Below the pieces are notes generated by a model. The model ran no database searches. It saw nothing but the letters and a program-made list of their open reading frames with translations, and had not been told where the DNA came from. The position numbers and the translations under genes were made by a program. Positions 13,417 through 27,169 of a stretch of 64,000 nt of DNA are shown piece by piece (position 1 is the stretch's first letter; every line of letters starts with the position of its first letter). The stretch is from Eledone cirrhosa. Its lineage: Eukaryota. Where the stretch lies: NCBI GenBank assembly GCA_964016885.1, contig OZ024742.1, positions 75,578,001-75,642,000 on the forward strand, read 5' to 3'.

Positions 13417-15370
13417 ATGGATGACTTTGATTCACTCCTTCCTCACAATCCAACACCTCACACCAACACCACCATTGTAAACATTGCTACGTTTGCCAAC
13501 ACTGGAATTGTAAGCAGTAGCAATAATTTAAATTTGTCTCAGGCAGACGTTCATTTCCCGCCATTACCAATGACTGCAGGTGTTAAAGCTGCCACCACCA
13601 CCACCGCGACAACCACCACCCCCACCACCACCACAGCGACAACAGAAACAAAAGAAAAAGATAAATTAACTCATGATATCGAAATTAATTCAACCAAAAT
13701 GAACTCTTCCACACCGAACACCACTGACGCCACCACCACCACAACTGAAACTAAAATTAACAATAGCAAAAATAACGATAAAAACAACAGCAACAATGAA
13801 ATTAAGAAAACTACCCTGACTTTTACCAGAGTAGCAAAAACGTGCGAAGCGATCCAGGTAACTCAGGAAGAATTAGACGAAGCCAAAGGAATGGTAAAAA
13901 AAGATGGGTACAGGGTCAGCCTCACCCCCCATCTAATAAAATGGAGCAACATCGCCTATGCACCGTGTCTTATCGGACAATAAACATAAAATCGCGCCGA
14001 GTGGAACGGGCATATGAGTCCCAAATCCAAAAAGCTTTCGGAAAAATGTGGGTAAAAAAACCTCCACATCAGACGTGGGCAGAAGTATGGAACCGTGGAC
14101 GTGTTCTTTGAAACACCACAGGAGGCCAGATAACACCCCATCGCCCCATTAAGAAGTGACGACTTCACACTCATCCCAAGCTATTGTGGCCAGAGACTTG
14201 TGAAGATCAGGGTGAACCACGTTCCACCGGCCATCGAAATTCCCTGGCTAATGGCTGCCGTCCTCGCCGGCATCGACGTCAACACTAAAATAATAGAAAT
14301 AGCAAAAGAAAAGCAGGAGAACTGGTTCGGATCTAGGATGGAGCTCCTGATCCAAGCGGACCATAAAAGCATTGAGGAGATCCCAGAGGTAATAGACCTC
14401 ACTGACGCCAGCCACCTCACCGTAATCGTCGAGGGCAGAAGGCCTAGGTGTGTCGTTTGTGGTGAAGGAACCCACCTAAGGGCTTTCTGCCCTCAGGCTA
14501 AAAGGTTGAGGCCACCTCTCTTACCCACCCCAGTGACGCAACCATCAACACCACCAGCAGCAGAAATAGCAGCAACAACTATAGCAGCAACAACAGAAGC
14601 AACTGTAACAGCAACAACCCCAGCAACAGTAGCAAAACCAACACCACCACCACTCAAACGCCCCAGAACTAGCACCAGCGCCTACACCACCCACCACGCC
14701 ACAACCAAAACCAACGCCTGTGGAGGATTTTCCACTCCCCGGCTTATCGCAACTGGAGACAGATTGTGACGACGAGGAGTGGGAAACAGTATCAGGAAAA
14801 AAGAAAAAAAAAAGAAACCAAAAAGAAAAAAATTCTCTTCCTTCCCCCTCAAAAAACAAAATACAGAGGGAAACAAATAAATTATCGAACAAGAAAGTTA
14901 AGACAGATATGCCACCATCCACACCAGCATCACCAACCCCATCACCACAAACACCAACACCATCACCATCATTAACCCCAACACCACCAACACCAATACC
15001 ACAAAAGTCACCAAAAAGCGTAACAGAAACAAACCAACAACAAACGCAAACAAAACAAAACAACCAAAACGATACACACGACACAGCATTAAATTTGAAC
15101 AACAACCAATTATTACACTACATGCAACACGACACCAGCATCACATAAAAAGACTACATAACAACCCAAAAGTTCACACCACCTCCACACATACAAATCA
15201 CTTGCATCACACAGAAAACGTACACGACACAAAAACAAAAATTCCCCAAAGACATCGGAGACTTCCGACAAACACTCTCCAGGAGGATTTATAAGGACAT
15301 CCTTCCGGAGGAGGCCACAAGCAGTGAAAAAGATGGACAAACCATCCTTCCTCTACGAGAAGTAAGGTAA
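13417..15370 (+). pseudogene. ORF1 (gag-like nucleic-acid-binding protein), frameshifted
   Basis: Thr-rich N-terminus, CCHC knuckle CVVCGEGTHLRAFC, and Pro/Thr-rich basic C-terminus. The last frame stays open past the TAA at 15146 up to 15370. Confidence 0.8.
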
Positions 15371-15404
15371 GTGGTCTTTCCCATCTTTTCCACTCCATTT
15401 CAAC

Positions 15405-18400
15405 ATGACCTCACTCAGAATAGGCAGCATAAATGCGCGTGGCTTGGGGTCGTCATGGAAGCAGGGCCACCTGCTCAACGACCTCAGGTCACTAAACATA
15501 GATGTAGTGGCCATCAGCGAGACCAGAATCTCCGAAGCACGGGCTTTCGCACCGATCTTCGGCGGCTACGATATGTACGCATCTCCCAGCCGTCCGGGAT
15601 CGGAGGGATGAGTTGCTGTGTTTTTTCGGAGAGGTTTGGATCTTGCCATACGGGCCATCTTCCTGGACGCAGAAGGTAAGTTGGTGGTGCTAGACGTGAC
15701 CAGCGGAGACGAGCAAGTTTTCAGGCTAGTGGCCGTCTATGCCCCGACAGGAGCAGGGTGGCCTGATTTCTTCCGGCGTCTGGAGACCTTTCTTGGGACG
15801 TCCCGCTCTTTAGTGTTAGTGGGCGACTGGAACGGGATCTTAGATGCACGCTGCGACTGTGTGGGATTAGAAGATAGGGTGTAGGGTGCAAGAGCCTCAC
15901 AAACCTGCTCAGGCGTTTTGAACTGTCTGACAGATACCGATAGGATTTACCGAATGTGCCAATGTGGACTTGGACAAATCGCATAGGGTCACCCAGATCA
16001 TATATAGATAGAGTATTTAGTAGAGAAATAGATAGGTCTAGCATAGGCTGTCCACAATTTAAGATAGTCAGCTACACGGACGACAAATTCGTGATCTGTG
16101 TGCTTGACTTAGATAGGCTTCATAGACGAGGACCCAGCTACTGGAAGCTAAATGCGTCCTTACCAGCGCGCAAGGCTTACAGAGACCGGATCAGCGAACT
16201 AGTTAAGCGGGCGTTGACGGGGGCCATCGTCAACAACAAGTGGTGGTTTGCTCTGAAAAGAGCAATTAGAATAGAGTCCATTAGGTTTAGTAAGGCTTTA
16301 GCAATAGAGAAAAATAGAGCAGAGGGAGAATTAGTTAGAAAATTAGACGAGGCGCTTAGCAAAGGCATCGCGACCGACGTACTTGCGGCGAAATTGGCCC
16401 TTGACCAATTCTTCAATGCAAAGCACGAAGGCTGCGTTGTCAGAGCTAGGGTGCATGCTCTCAGACACGAGGGGACGAAAGCCGTTCAATGGGCCCGAGT
16501 GGCGGAGGCGCGTCGTGGCAACAAAGCCACAATCCAGTCTTTGGTGGACCACGACGGGCGCATGCTACTCGATCCCGGGCAAATGTGTGAAGCTTTTCAT
16601 AGACACTTCGCTCAACTGTTCGGAGGCAGTGGCGGGCCGGATCGAGGGATGGACTTTAGTGTCTACCTCGACGGATTGCCGCGGCTTTCGGCCACTGAGG
16701 GGGAGTGTTGCGAAAAGCCGATAACAACCGCTGAAGTACGGGAGGCAATGACTGGCTGCACAAGGGGTAAATCACCTGGTTTGGATGGTCTGCCCTATGA
16801 ACTTTACGTACAAATGCCAGACTTGTTCGGAGGCCTCTTGGCGGACGTCTACTGCAACTGGCAACATAACGGCAGAATTCCCAGCTCTGTGAGCCGAGGA
16901 GCGGTGGCGCTGCTGAGAAAGGATCCGAACAAGGGGGATAACATAGATAATTTTAGGCCCATAACTCTGATAAACACAGAGTTCAATATTTTGGACAATG
17001 TGCTAGCAAAGAGGTTGGCGCTTGTCGTTGGTGGTCTGGTGGGAGAGGCACAGACATGCACCATTCCCGACAGATCCATCCACGACAACCTCCACCTCAT
17101 GCGATACATCGTAGAGAGGGTAGCTAGGGAACCTGGCACAGGGTGGTTCTTTGATCAATTTATATCAGTCGAAAGCCTTCGATAGGGTCGACCATCGTTA
17201 CCTAACGTCAGTCGTGAGGGCGGCTGGCTTTGGGCCCGCCTTCAGAAGCTGGATCGCTGCCATGCACAGCGACATCTGCTCTGTAGTGAGAGTGAACGGT
17301 CACCTTTCGGAACCGTTCAACTGCATGCGCTCGGTCCGCCAAGGATGTCCCCCCTCGTCCCTATTGTACGTATTGACTCTCGAGCCATTGCTGCACAAAC
17401 TGGAGACGTTGAGGGGGGTCCCGCGCGAAATAGGATGCGGAAGATCCGTGTCAGCATATGCGGACGATGTCACCGTAGTGGTGTCGAACGCCAAACACAT
17501 CGAGGCGATCGAGACTACACTAAGAGAATACGAAGCGGTGACAGGAGCAATGATCAACCAGTAAAAGTCAGTGGGCCTGCAGCTCGGCACCTGGAGAGGC
17601 AGGTCCATGCCGTCCAACAGCGTCGTCGGGCGCTGGACGGACGGACCGGTTAAATTGCTAGGGGTCTGGTTCGGTCCAGACCTCCAGACGGACAAAAACT
17701 GGGACAAGGTGACGAGCAGGGTGGCTTCTCTCACCCAGAAATGGACCGAGAGGAAGCTATCCCTGAAACGTCGAGCGGAGGTGGCTAACGCGTACATCGC
17801 GTCCGTCATCTACTACCGCCTGACCGTCGTACCTTGTCCTAAGCTCTGCCTGACTGCGCTGCAGCGTTTGCTCTTTCGCTTCTTGTGGAAGGGACACGCT
17901 CCGATGGTCAGGCGGTCCATCTGCTGTCAACACCCGCTACGTGGAGGGCTGGGCATGCCGTGGCTGATGATGCGCAGACACGCGCTCAGGCTACGACATC
18001 TCCACCTCTTCCTCGACGGTGATCAGGTGTGGTCACCGTTTGCCAGACACGTTTTTCCCCAGCTCGTCTCCTTGACGGAGCTGCAGTCCTGGGTCAAGCG
18101 AAGACCGCGAGGGAGCGCTTGGAGACTGGAATGTCTTCAGGCGCTCACAGCCCTCGACCAATCGGGCAATGTGATCGGTGGGAACTCCACCTTGGCGTTC
18201 TATAGGGGTTTAGTGGAGAAGAGCGACGACGTACTTGGAGAAACTCTAGGCGTCGACGAAAATCAACTAACCAATCTCTTCGGAAGGACTTTCGGGCCGG
18301 GGCCTATGGACAACTTCCAGAAATCCCTGGCCTGGCACTGCTACCGGGGAGCGTTGCCAGTTCGGGATAAACTCTACAGGGATGGAGGTGCCGTCAGCCG

Positions 18401-18821
18401 GGCATGTCCAAGATGCGCACAGGGCGACGAAACCGTCCTGCACGCACTCGTCCAGTGTCCGAGCATTGCTGACTTGTGGGTTCATGTCGAACACCTGCTG
18501 TCACGTGTAGGACGGATCCAGCTATCAGCTGAGTCCATCGTGAGGATTGCCCCGCCCTCTTCCTTTAGCCGGGAAGGGCAGGCAGTTTTTATCTGTCTGG
18601 TGGCCATGGCGAAAGAGATAGTATGGTGGACACGTTTGAAAGGGCTGAAAACGAGCACTTACCTCTTCGGTGATGCCCTGATTAACTTTTTCAAATTTCA
18701 TTTGAAAAGGAAAATCAGGGTAGAGAGGGAAGTGCTCTCTTCCCAGCATTTTGTTGAAAGATGGGTGAGAGAAGCAAGTATGGCCCGAATGAATGGGCCT
18801 TCTCTGAGTATGTGTCTGTAA
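15405..18821 (+). pseudogene. ORF2: APE endonuclease, reverse transcriptase and C-terminal CCHC; several stops and frameshifts
   Basis: IGSINARGL, AISET, VYAP, GDWN, YIDRVF; PGLDGLP, NFRPITLIN, KAFDRVDH, VRQGCP, AYADD; CPRCAQGDETVLHALVQC. Confidence 0.92.
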
Positions 18822-19062
18822 ATTAAAGGTGGAAAACTGGGAGAGGGCACTTGCCTTGGTGGTCAGGGTCACTGTGGTCTTTTAATGGGCTTTCTCCACA
18901 AATGTCCCTCGGAAGATTCCCCCCTATTGGGGAATTTTTCTTTGTTATTTTATTACATCCTCTGTTTTTTTACACGCAGAAATGCCCATTTGTACCGTCC
19001 TGTATTGTCCTGCACTGTCCTTAATGTCTACTTTATGTAAACCCTTGTGGTTAATAAAGAAA

Positions 19063-19094
<32 letters not shown>

Positions 19095-19959
19095 TATTAT
19101 TTTTTTTATTCCTTTTTTTCAAGCCCAAATGTAACATTTCTTTTTAGATAGCCCTTTTATCGAACACTTCTCGAACGTATTTCAAGATTTCTCCCACACA
19201 GAAAAAGAAAAAACATGTTGGTCATTTTCAAAGTTTTTAAACATTAATTTTTTTATGTTCAAACTCAACGTAAGAAATAGCCACGACTTGACAAGAAAGA
19301 TAGTATCTCCCAAAAGATTTAATGGCATATAAGTGTACACAAATCAAACAAGAAGAAAGTAAAGGCGATTTAATCACACTGCAAAATTCAGACATTTTGA
19401 AAGAATAAAAAATAACAATTTATTGGCATAAAACTGCCAGCACTGAAGTAGACATTTGTAATGATTACAGTAAACAAAATTATCAACAATACAAACATGT
19501 AAATGCTTTCTTTGACCAGCCGCAATAAATTATAAACCAACCCTTCTTTCTCTACCCCACACACATATATTGATATAAACACATAAATATACATCACCTT
19601 AACCACCGCACGTCTACATACACATACATTCAACAACAAAACAATACACAGAGAACCACGCGTGGCTAATATACATATCAACGCCTAAAAGAGACAGACA
19701 TACCCTTACACACACCTTGGTATTTCACATAAAATAAAGACAAATCTCACACACCCTCTCAAGAATAAACACATACATGCACGAATCTTTAAGCGAGCAC
19801 ACTACACTCACAAATACACATAAAAATCACCAAAACACCCATTCACAAACCTGGCATACGCACGCTCAAATCCCTATACATACATACAAACACACACAAA
19901 CATATATACATACATTATATATATATATATATATAACACCTATATGCATAATATATACC

Positions 19960-20071
19960 TAGGGTGGTGGATTGGCAAGGTTAACTTTGCTTTTCATCCT
20001 TACGGGGTCGATAAAATAAAGTACCAGTAATATACTGGAATAATTGCTGGCCTTGTGCCAAAAGTAGAAAC

Positions 20072-20072
<1 letters not shown>
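19960..20072 (+). mobile_element. SINE A with internal deletion
   Basis: Head GGGTGGTGGATTGGCA is joined directly to the core and tail. Confidence 0.85.
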
Positions 20073-20075
<3 letters not shown>

Positions 20076-20138
<63 letters not shown>

Positions 20139-20210
20139 TATAAATATATATGTATACATATTTATATATATATATATATATGTATACATATTTATATATA
20201 TATATGTATA

Positions 20211-20297
<87 letters not shown>

Positions 20298-20300
20298 GTG

Positions 20301-20358
<58 letters not shown>
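20076..20358. repeat. (TA)n/(CA)n compound microsatellite
   Basis: Direct reading. Confidence 0.95.
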
Positions 20359-20359
20359 A

Positions 20360-20547
20360 TTGTTCCTACTTTAGGCACAAAACCAGCAATAAACCAGAAC
20401 ATTACTGGTACTTTATTTTATCGACCCCGTAAGGATGAAAGGCGAAGTTAAACTCAGCGGGATTTGAACTCAAACCGTAAAGGGACGTAACTATGCTAGA
20501 AAGCATGGCGTCCAACCCTCTACCCATACTGCCAATTCACCGCCCTA
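20360..20547 (-). mobile_element. SINE A, full length
   Basis: All family motifs on the minus strand. Confidence 0.9.
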
Positions 20548-21544
20548 GGTGTATATTATGCATATAGGTGTAAAGCATGAGTATGTACGAATGTGGGTAA
20601 CGGGTGCGCATTATATATATATATATATATAATGCGCCCCACATTCGTACATACTCATGCTTTACACCTATACATAACAGGAGAAATATTACTTTAGCAA
20701 GGCTTTATATGACAGGCATGTTAAAGAAAATACCTGAAATGATCAGTTTAATTATGTTCTAAATATATTCTATACCCTATATTACTTATATAGCCTTCTA
20801 ATAGTAATATTATTCCGTACACATAATCATCATAGGTTTAGTTATTTATAAGTGGTTTAACGAATAAGCATAATACGCAATATGTTGTGTGGAATGTATT
20901 TATCACTATATAGTAGTAGTTAGATATTATTAGTTTTCCGTGACATTGTATTTCACGCTAAATGCATTCTTCAGTTTGATGTGATTCTCTTGAAGTCTTT
21001 CAGATGACAGTTTTATTTACATCTTCCTGATCTATAACACCATGTATGTCATCTAGTTACAATATATTCAATTTCAGTTTTGCAACTCTAGCTGGACGTA
21101 ATTTTATTACGATTGAAGAACTTCCGATGTCTGTGCTTTAATGAGAAGTGCGTGTCTATGATGGATAAAATCTCATTTGCTAGATTTCTTTTTTCATTTA
21201 AGTTATATCATGTGATGCGTCAATTCCATTTTTTTCTTTTTTCATTTTGTTAGTCTTATGGTTGTCTGTGAGGGAATTCACTCACACCCTGACACACTTT
21301 CTTTTGCCTATCTGTAGAGCTATTTAGTTATTTTTGCTTGCCAGCATTATATATGCGTCGCCTTAACGTGGTGAGATTCGATGCCAGGCGTTTCAGTTTC
21401 TCCAGGATATTGTGTTTGAGGTTAACCCCTTTTTCTCGAGCCTTGAAAGTCCTCTTGACCATATATCTGCAGTTGGCGAATAACAAGACCAAATATCTAC
21501 AAGTAGAATAACAGTGAAAGAAAAACAAATGCAGTAAAAGACTG

Positions 21545-21686
21545 GTTAGTAACCGTTATACTAATTATACACGCCATCCACAACCGAACCTAACCACATT
21601 ATGGCGACGCATATGTACTTCTGGCAGGCAAATTAGAATTTGTGTTTGTGGATGACGTGTATAATCGTTATAAACGGTCACTAACC
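21545..21686. mobile_element. MITE-like element with ~40-bp imperfect TIRs
   Basis: GGTTAGTAACCGTTATA..ATTATACACGCCATCCACA is inverted at TGTGGATGACGTGTATAATCGTTATAAACGGTCACTAACC. Confidence 0.6.
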
Positions 21687-22294
21687 TCACCTCTCTTTTT
21701 ACTGTATTCATTTTCTCTCTCTCCCTTGTTGGCATCAGCGTGGGAATGTATTTAACACTCTTCTAAAAAAAAGTATCTGCGTGAAATATGTTTGTTCGAA
21801 AATGGTTCAAGAATTCTTTTTTGTATGTTATTATTCCACGGAAACAAGGTTAGAATTCGTATTCATGTAAACTAGCGTCTCATTCAGTTTATAATGTAGT
21901 TGCTATGTTTGCCTCATAGTTTAATATTACATCTAAAAGAGGGACTGAAGTTCACATCCTTAGATACTGTGGTTTTAAGATTGAAAACATATTTCAAGTA
22001 AATCACCATACTGAAATACGTGAAATAGCCAAACTACACTTTAGTATCCATGAATAATATATTAAAAATATATATATATAGGTTTAACTCTCTCACTTTA
22101 AACACACATAACATATATTAGTTTAGAAACGATTTAAACAGTGCCATTCGAGACTTTTGTCTTTTTCTCCGATTATTCTACATTTATCTCATTTTCTCTG
22201 CATGGACATGTCTGGTTATCAGGTTATTTGTTTTTATCGTTGATTGTTGCACTATACTGGCTCATAACTAACTCACCTGTTCAAACGGTCACTA

Positions 22295-23475
22295 ACTAGC
22301 AGTGTATCCCGGTGTTTCACAGGTAAGGATATTGGTAATAGCACCTCCAATGAGAAAGGTTTATTTGTGAGTGCCTGTTAAAACTCACGAAAATATACCG
22401 ACAGGAAACTTGTTTTATTTGGAGAAAATTAAGAAGTTGAAAGTACAGTTTAGCTGTCTACGTGCATTGTTCATAGAAATATTGTTGAGCCCCTTCTTGT
22501 CATACACCTCTAGTTTGGCCTTTTGGAGTAAATATGAAAGAGAAGTCACAGGTTAAGTTGGCAGAAGGTTCCAGTGCAATAGCAGTAATGCGTAGGCTAC
22601 TTACCTCAAAAGTTCATTCGACCTCTTTCCACTAAGTTACTCTTTCTCTCTATCCCTGTCCGTGCAGCCCATTGCGAATTTCTCGCGTAGGCCTGGTGTA
22701 GATTTGCACCTGATCCATCTACCAGATGCACATGTCCGCTTTGTGCGACTTTTGGAGGAAGGAGAGACCAGCAGAACGTGGTTCGGTATTATTACGAAAA
22801 GGTGTAGCAGAGAATCCCGCGTGAACTAACAGTTCGGGAGGAAACTGCTTACCGCGAAGATTCATTCGCCATCGTTCTTGTCAACGTTTCGTTTAGTTGG
22901 TATTTGTTGGTCTACATTTAGATGAATGGCGCACAAAGGGTTAATGTTTATTGGCAAGAAGTGGCAACCGGGCTGGCTTGCCTCGCTTATATTATATATT
23001 AAAATAACAGATTAATGTTTAAGCAAATAATTGCTGCTTTCACCCTCAACGGGATCTTCTGAAACTAAAAAAATCAATCTGTGAACGCAGAAGTAAATGT
23101 TTCGAAAAACGTTGCAACCGAAGGAAAATAGGAAGACCATACTTTGATTCGTGAAGACATTCCCTGGCAATGAACGGAAAATAACGAACATAATACGTCA
23201 TCAATGTTTGTCAGAATGTCGTAATGCAGACAGCCAGGTATACACACAGATATGATAAGAGCGCGACGGAGATCGATAACCAGCGTCTAACACCACTTTA
23301 ACAAGAGAACATTGAAAAATAAAAGCTGCAGTTAATATCTTTAGACCGCAAAGTATATATAAATGCAAGTTTGAAGTCAATCGGAGTAGAAATGTGGATT
23401 TGTATAGAATTTGCAAAAATTAGGACACCACATACACACACAGACAACTACAGTTTTATATATATATGTATAGAT
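22295..23475 (+). mobile_element. Possible non-autonomous Helentron/Helitron-associated element
   Basis: Begins ACTAGCAG..CCCGGTGTTTCACAGG and ends TTTGAAGTCAATCGG..CATACACACACAGAC..TTTTATATATA..TAGAT. Internal part 22995-23200 recurs at 42000-42200. Confidence 0.5.
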
Positions 23476-25349
23476 TGTCGTTCAGTTTATATACGATTTC
23501 CACAACCTGTATCCCTTTATCATATTCGTGTTGACATTCATAGTATCTTTCACAGTATTCTCTGTCCATTTCCCTACCTCCTCCTCCACTTTCAACGCTC
23601 AAAACCTTAGCTTCTAGACCCATCAAGTCAAACGAACTTAACATAATTTCGTATATAATTCTGCCCTTAATTCCTTTTTGCCGAAGTAGAAAATCACTAG
23701 TTTCATCTAATTCCGAGATTTAGTCTAAATATATTTCATGTAATCGCTATTTATCATAAGGTTAAATATTCTACTACGTCTGGATAACCAGTTTTCTTTG
23801 CATGAGGTTTAAACAATTACAGCATGTGGTGATTTCATCTCTAGATATTAATCATAATATTAATTGCACCCCAATGGAAACTAAACACCTTAAAGCAGGA
23901 AACACTCTCCTATATTTATCACATATACTGGCCAGAGGCAGCAAAGAGGCTATTTCTCTCATTTATCATTCTCTTATGTAGAGCCAATGTTGAACTGTAT
24001 AACATATTTACTTATAGAAATAGTTACTACTTAATTGTTGGCTTGCTTTTGTTCAAGAGCAGTCATTATCATTTGCTTACAATTAAGAGAGAGATTTAAA
24101 TAGTGCCAAATCGTATGTTCAACAGCACATTGGTGCCATTATATGGTATCAGCTTTCAAATGTTATTTACAACAAATTAAATAAGAATGTGAGTTCAATT
24201 AAAGTATTTTTTCAAATAGGTGTTGAATTTTCGCAATGTAAAATTGAATGTGTAGTCATAGTAAAATTGTGAAACATATCCATACAAAAAAAACCCGCTC
24301 TTGTATTTGATTGTTAACAGTGTGAAGCGATGCAATAGAAGAAACAATAATACTTAATGAGGTTCCTTTTTAACAGAATGTACATATATATTATGCGAAG
24401 TGAAAATGAAATTTGTAACTTTCAGGTCTTCCAAATGTCCATGAATAGAATGAAAGTTATTTCATTAAAGAATATATTTATAGCTCATCACACGTTACAT
24501 GTTGCCGATGACAAGTTTCTTAATATAAGTAGTTATCGCGGAATCGATTAATAAAATGGAGTACTTGTAATGCAAAATTTCATCCCAGCCCCACTCTATC
24601 TTACTGGCTCTAATTTAGAAATCTGTTAAGTGTCCTCATTTCATCGGAGTACACATTCATTTCACACGCTAATTCTATGTGTAGCTCGTCAGTTGATTAA
24701 ATTATTGTGTAGCCGTACATCGTTCTATTTAAAACATTCTAGTACCCCCCCAAACACAAACACACCCTATAATATATACAGTTAGATGACCAGTTAGGGT
24801 ATTGTAAATGGTAGATCTCGAAGTAACCCGAATCATCACTCAACATCTTGAAGCATCGCAGATTACATCTGGTGATCCAAGCGGAGTATATGCGGTGAAG
24901 AATAATTATGCAAAATTACAAATGTTTCGATGAGTTTCATGACTATGCAGTGTGGCGGTTCCGTAGTAACTATCCGGTCCCTTCAGATGGTCTCTGAATA
25001 TTATTTTTATCTACCCATGGTTCTCCTATTTCTAGCATTGTAGGGATGTTACCTAACGACCACCGATATCGGTGCCATTCGAGTGACATTTTAGTCACGT
25101 ATACCAACTTGTAGTAGTGGTAAAGCCAGGCATCACTCCCTGTAGCCCAGTCGCTTTACAATCCCATCTCACTCAACGAATACATCTACCCGATGTCAGG
25201 TCAACGCGAACGGAGCAAAGCAATGAGGAGATATATGACACGAAATTAGGAAACTAAGTGTTGATATATGACACGCTAAAATGCGTTAATGCGGTATTAC
25301 TAGAATAGTATGAAAAAACAGTGTGAATTCTATATTTAGCAGAATGATG

Positions 25350-26020
25350 GGCTTAAAATTATCCCCCTTGTTTGTGTCTTTTCTCGGCAGAGCCTCTGGT
25401 CTACGGCTTACAGAACTTGGAATTCTCTCGTTCTACTGCCAGTTACAGTAGACATCTGCTGAACAAGTCTGTGATGTAAACGTAAATCTCGTGGTGCAGA
25501 CCATCCAAACCAGGCGATTTGGCACTCGTGCAATCAGACCTCGCTTCTCGTATTTCAATGGCACTTATCGGCTTTTCGCAACTCTTCACCTCAGTGGTCG
25601 ACAGCCACAGCAGGCCATCGAAGTAGTCACTAAAGTCCATCGCATGATCCGGCTCACCACTGCCCACAAACAGCTGAGTGAAATGACACTGAAAAGTCGC
25701 ACACATCTGCTCACGATCGAGTAACATGCACCCATCCTTGTGCGCCAAAGACCAGATTCTGTGGGGTTTTTTCCACATCACTCCTCCGTCTCTCGGTCCC
25801 ATTGAACGGCTTTCCCCTCGTGTCTAAGAGCACGTGCCCTAGCTCTGACAGTGTAGCCCTCGTGCTTCATGTTGAAGAATTTGTCAAAAACCAATATTGA
25901 CACTGGCACGCCATTCGCGTTGCCTTTCATAAAAGCCTATTCCAGATTACTAACTAGCTCACCCTCTAATTAAAATTTTCCTATTGCTACTCATTTACTA
26001 ACACTCTAATTGCACTTTTC
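25350..26020 (-). mobile_element. Tx1-like ORF2 fragment
   Basis: QMCATFQCHFTQLF..CEKPIS..KSPGLDGL, homologous to about 16250-16960. Confidence 0.85.
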
Positions 26021-27169
26021 TTCTGTCTCGGGCATTATGGGTTGTGTATCTGGGAGCCAGTAGCTCGCCCCACCCGGCGTGATTTCATTCCAATTGTACG
26101 GTATGTTACTGTATAACGTCGCACCTTTTCCAGCATGTCGGATGGTTGCATGTGGTTGACTCTGTTACACCCCTCTTTCAACATTTTTCCACCTCCTTTA
26201 CTTCAGTTTCTTTAACTTGTACGATTTCTAAATTTCTTGTTGCCCCTACGAAGGAAAAGTTTAAGTATTATCACTCACATATGATACATAGCAAAATTGT
26301 TCAAGTTATGGGGAAATGGGGGGGGGTCTCCATAATAGATTAACAATAACATTTATAATAATAATAATATTAATAATGTCAATAATATTGTGTATAGTTC
26401 CAGGGAAATACGTGTTGTTATGTAAACTTGTTCCTGTTTGTGAGTCAAGGTTGGCCTTGGTGGGTGTCGTGAATCGAGGTTCCTCCAGGCTGTCGGAGGT
26501 AGGGCATTGTGCGAAAGTTATATATATATGTACGGTGAAATACTTGTGTGGTACCAAATCAAGCACTCACGTACACGCAGAGTATATACAATAAAAATAT
26601 ATCTTTTCTCGCATCACCAGTCTGAGGAGCAGATCGATACTAGAGTCGGGTCCATATTTCCTATGGGTCACGTTGAGCCAATCCTCTGCGAAACGCGCGT
26701 AACAGGTTTATACGTAATAAATATTTTTCATATGTAAACAAAACTTTCTGTTTTTTTCAATTATAGATCCTCATAAAGCGAAACATTTCTTCACAGTATG
26801 GTGAACTAACTGTTGTGGAACTACTTCTACTAAACTCGTCCCATGGAATGAGTGTTCTACTACGACAATGTTCTACTATATATATATATACATACATACG
26901 TATAAACACACACTCATATATGCATAAAAAATGTCTAGCCCGTTGCTGGCAATTCGTCTATCCTCTTCAGCGATATGATAGGCAAGTGCGTTCACACCCA
27001 TCATTTCCAGTAGTATTTAAAACAGAAACTGCACAGGAAGAACAATATTTGTGGTTCTGCATAAACACTGACGTTCTATCAGTATTGTACACACGCCACT
27101 CTGGCGTTAACAAATGTACAACATATTACATACATTTGTATTCTATACATGATAGATCATTATCTTTTT

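Larger units (their letters stand above)
13200..19064 (+). mobile_element. Full-length L1-clade (Tx1-like) LINE, about 5.9 kb, mutated, flanked by (ATT)n on both sides
   Basis: 5' end GGCGACCTA is shared with the copy at 62461; ORF1, ORF2 and 3'UTR end in AATAAAGAAATC(ATT)n. Confidence 0.92.

Noticed and set aside
14545-15105. Cys/Val-rich antisense ORFs over ORF1 (also 60561-61150 and 61798-62100)
   Set aside because: They are shadow frames of A/C-rich low-complexity ORF1 sequence.
20055-20451. ORFs rich in [12 protein letters not shown] or RERE (also at 10390, 38775, 40345, 48855, 49391, 53429, 55522)
   Set aside because: They are translations of microsatellites, not genes.
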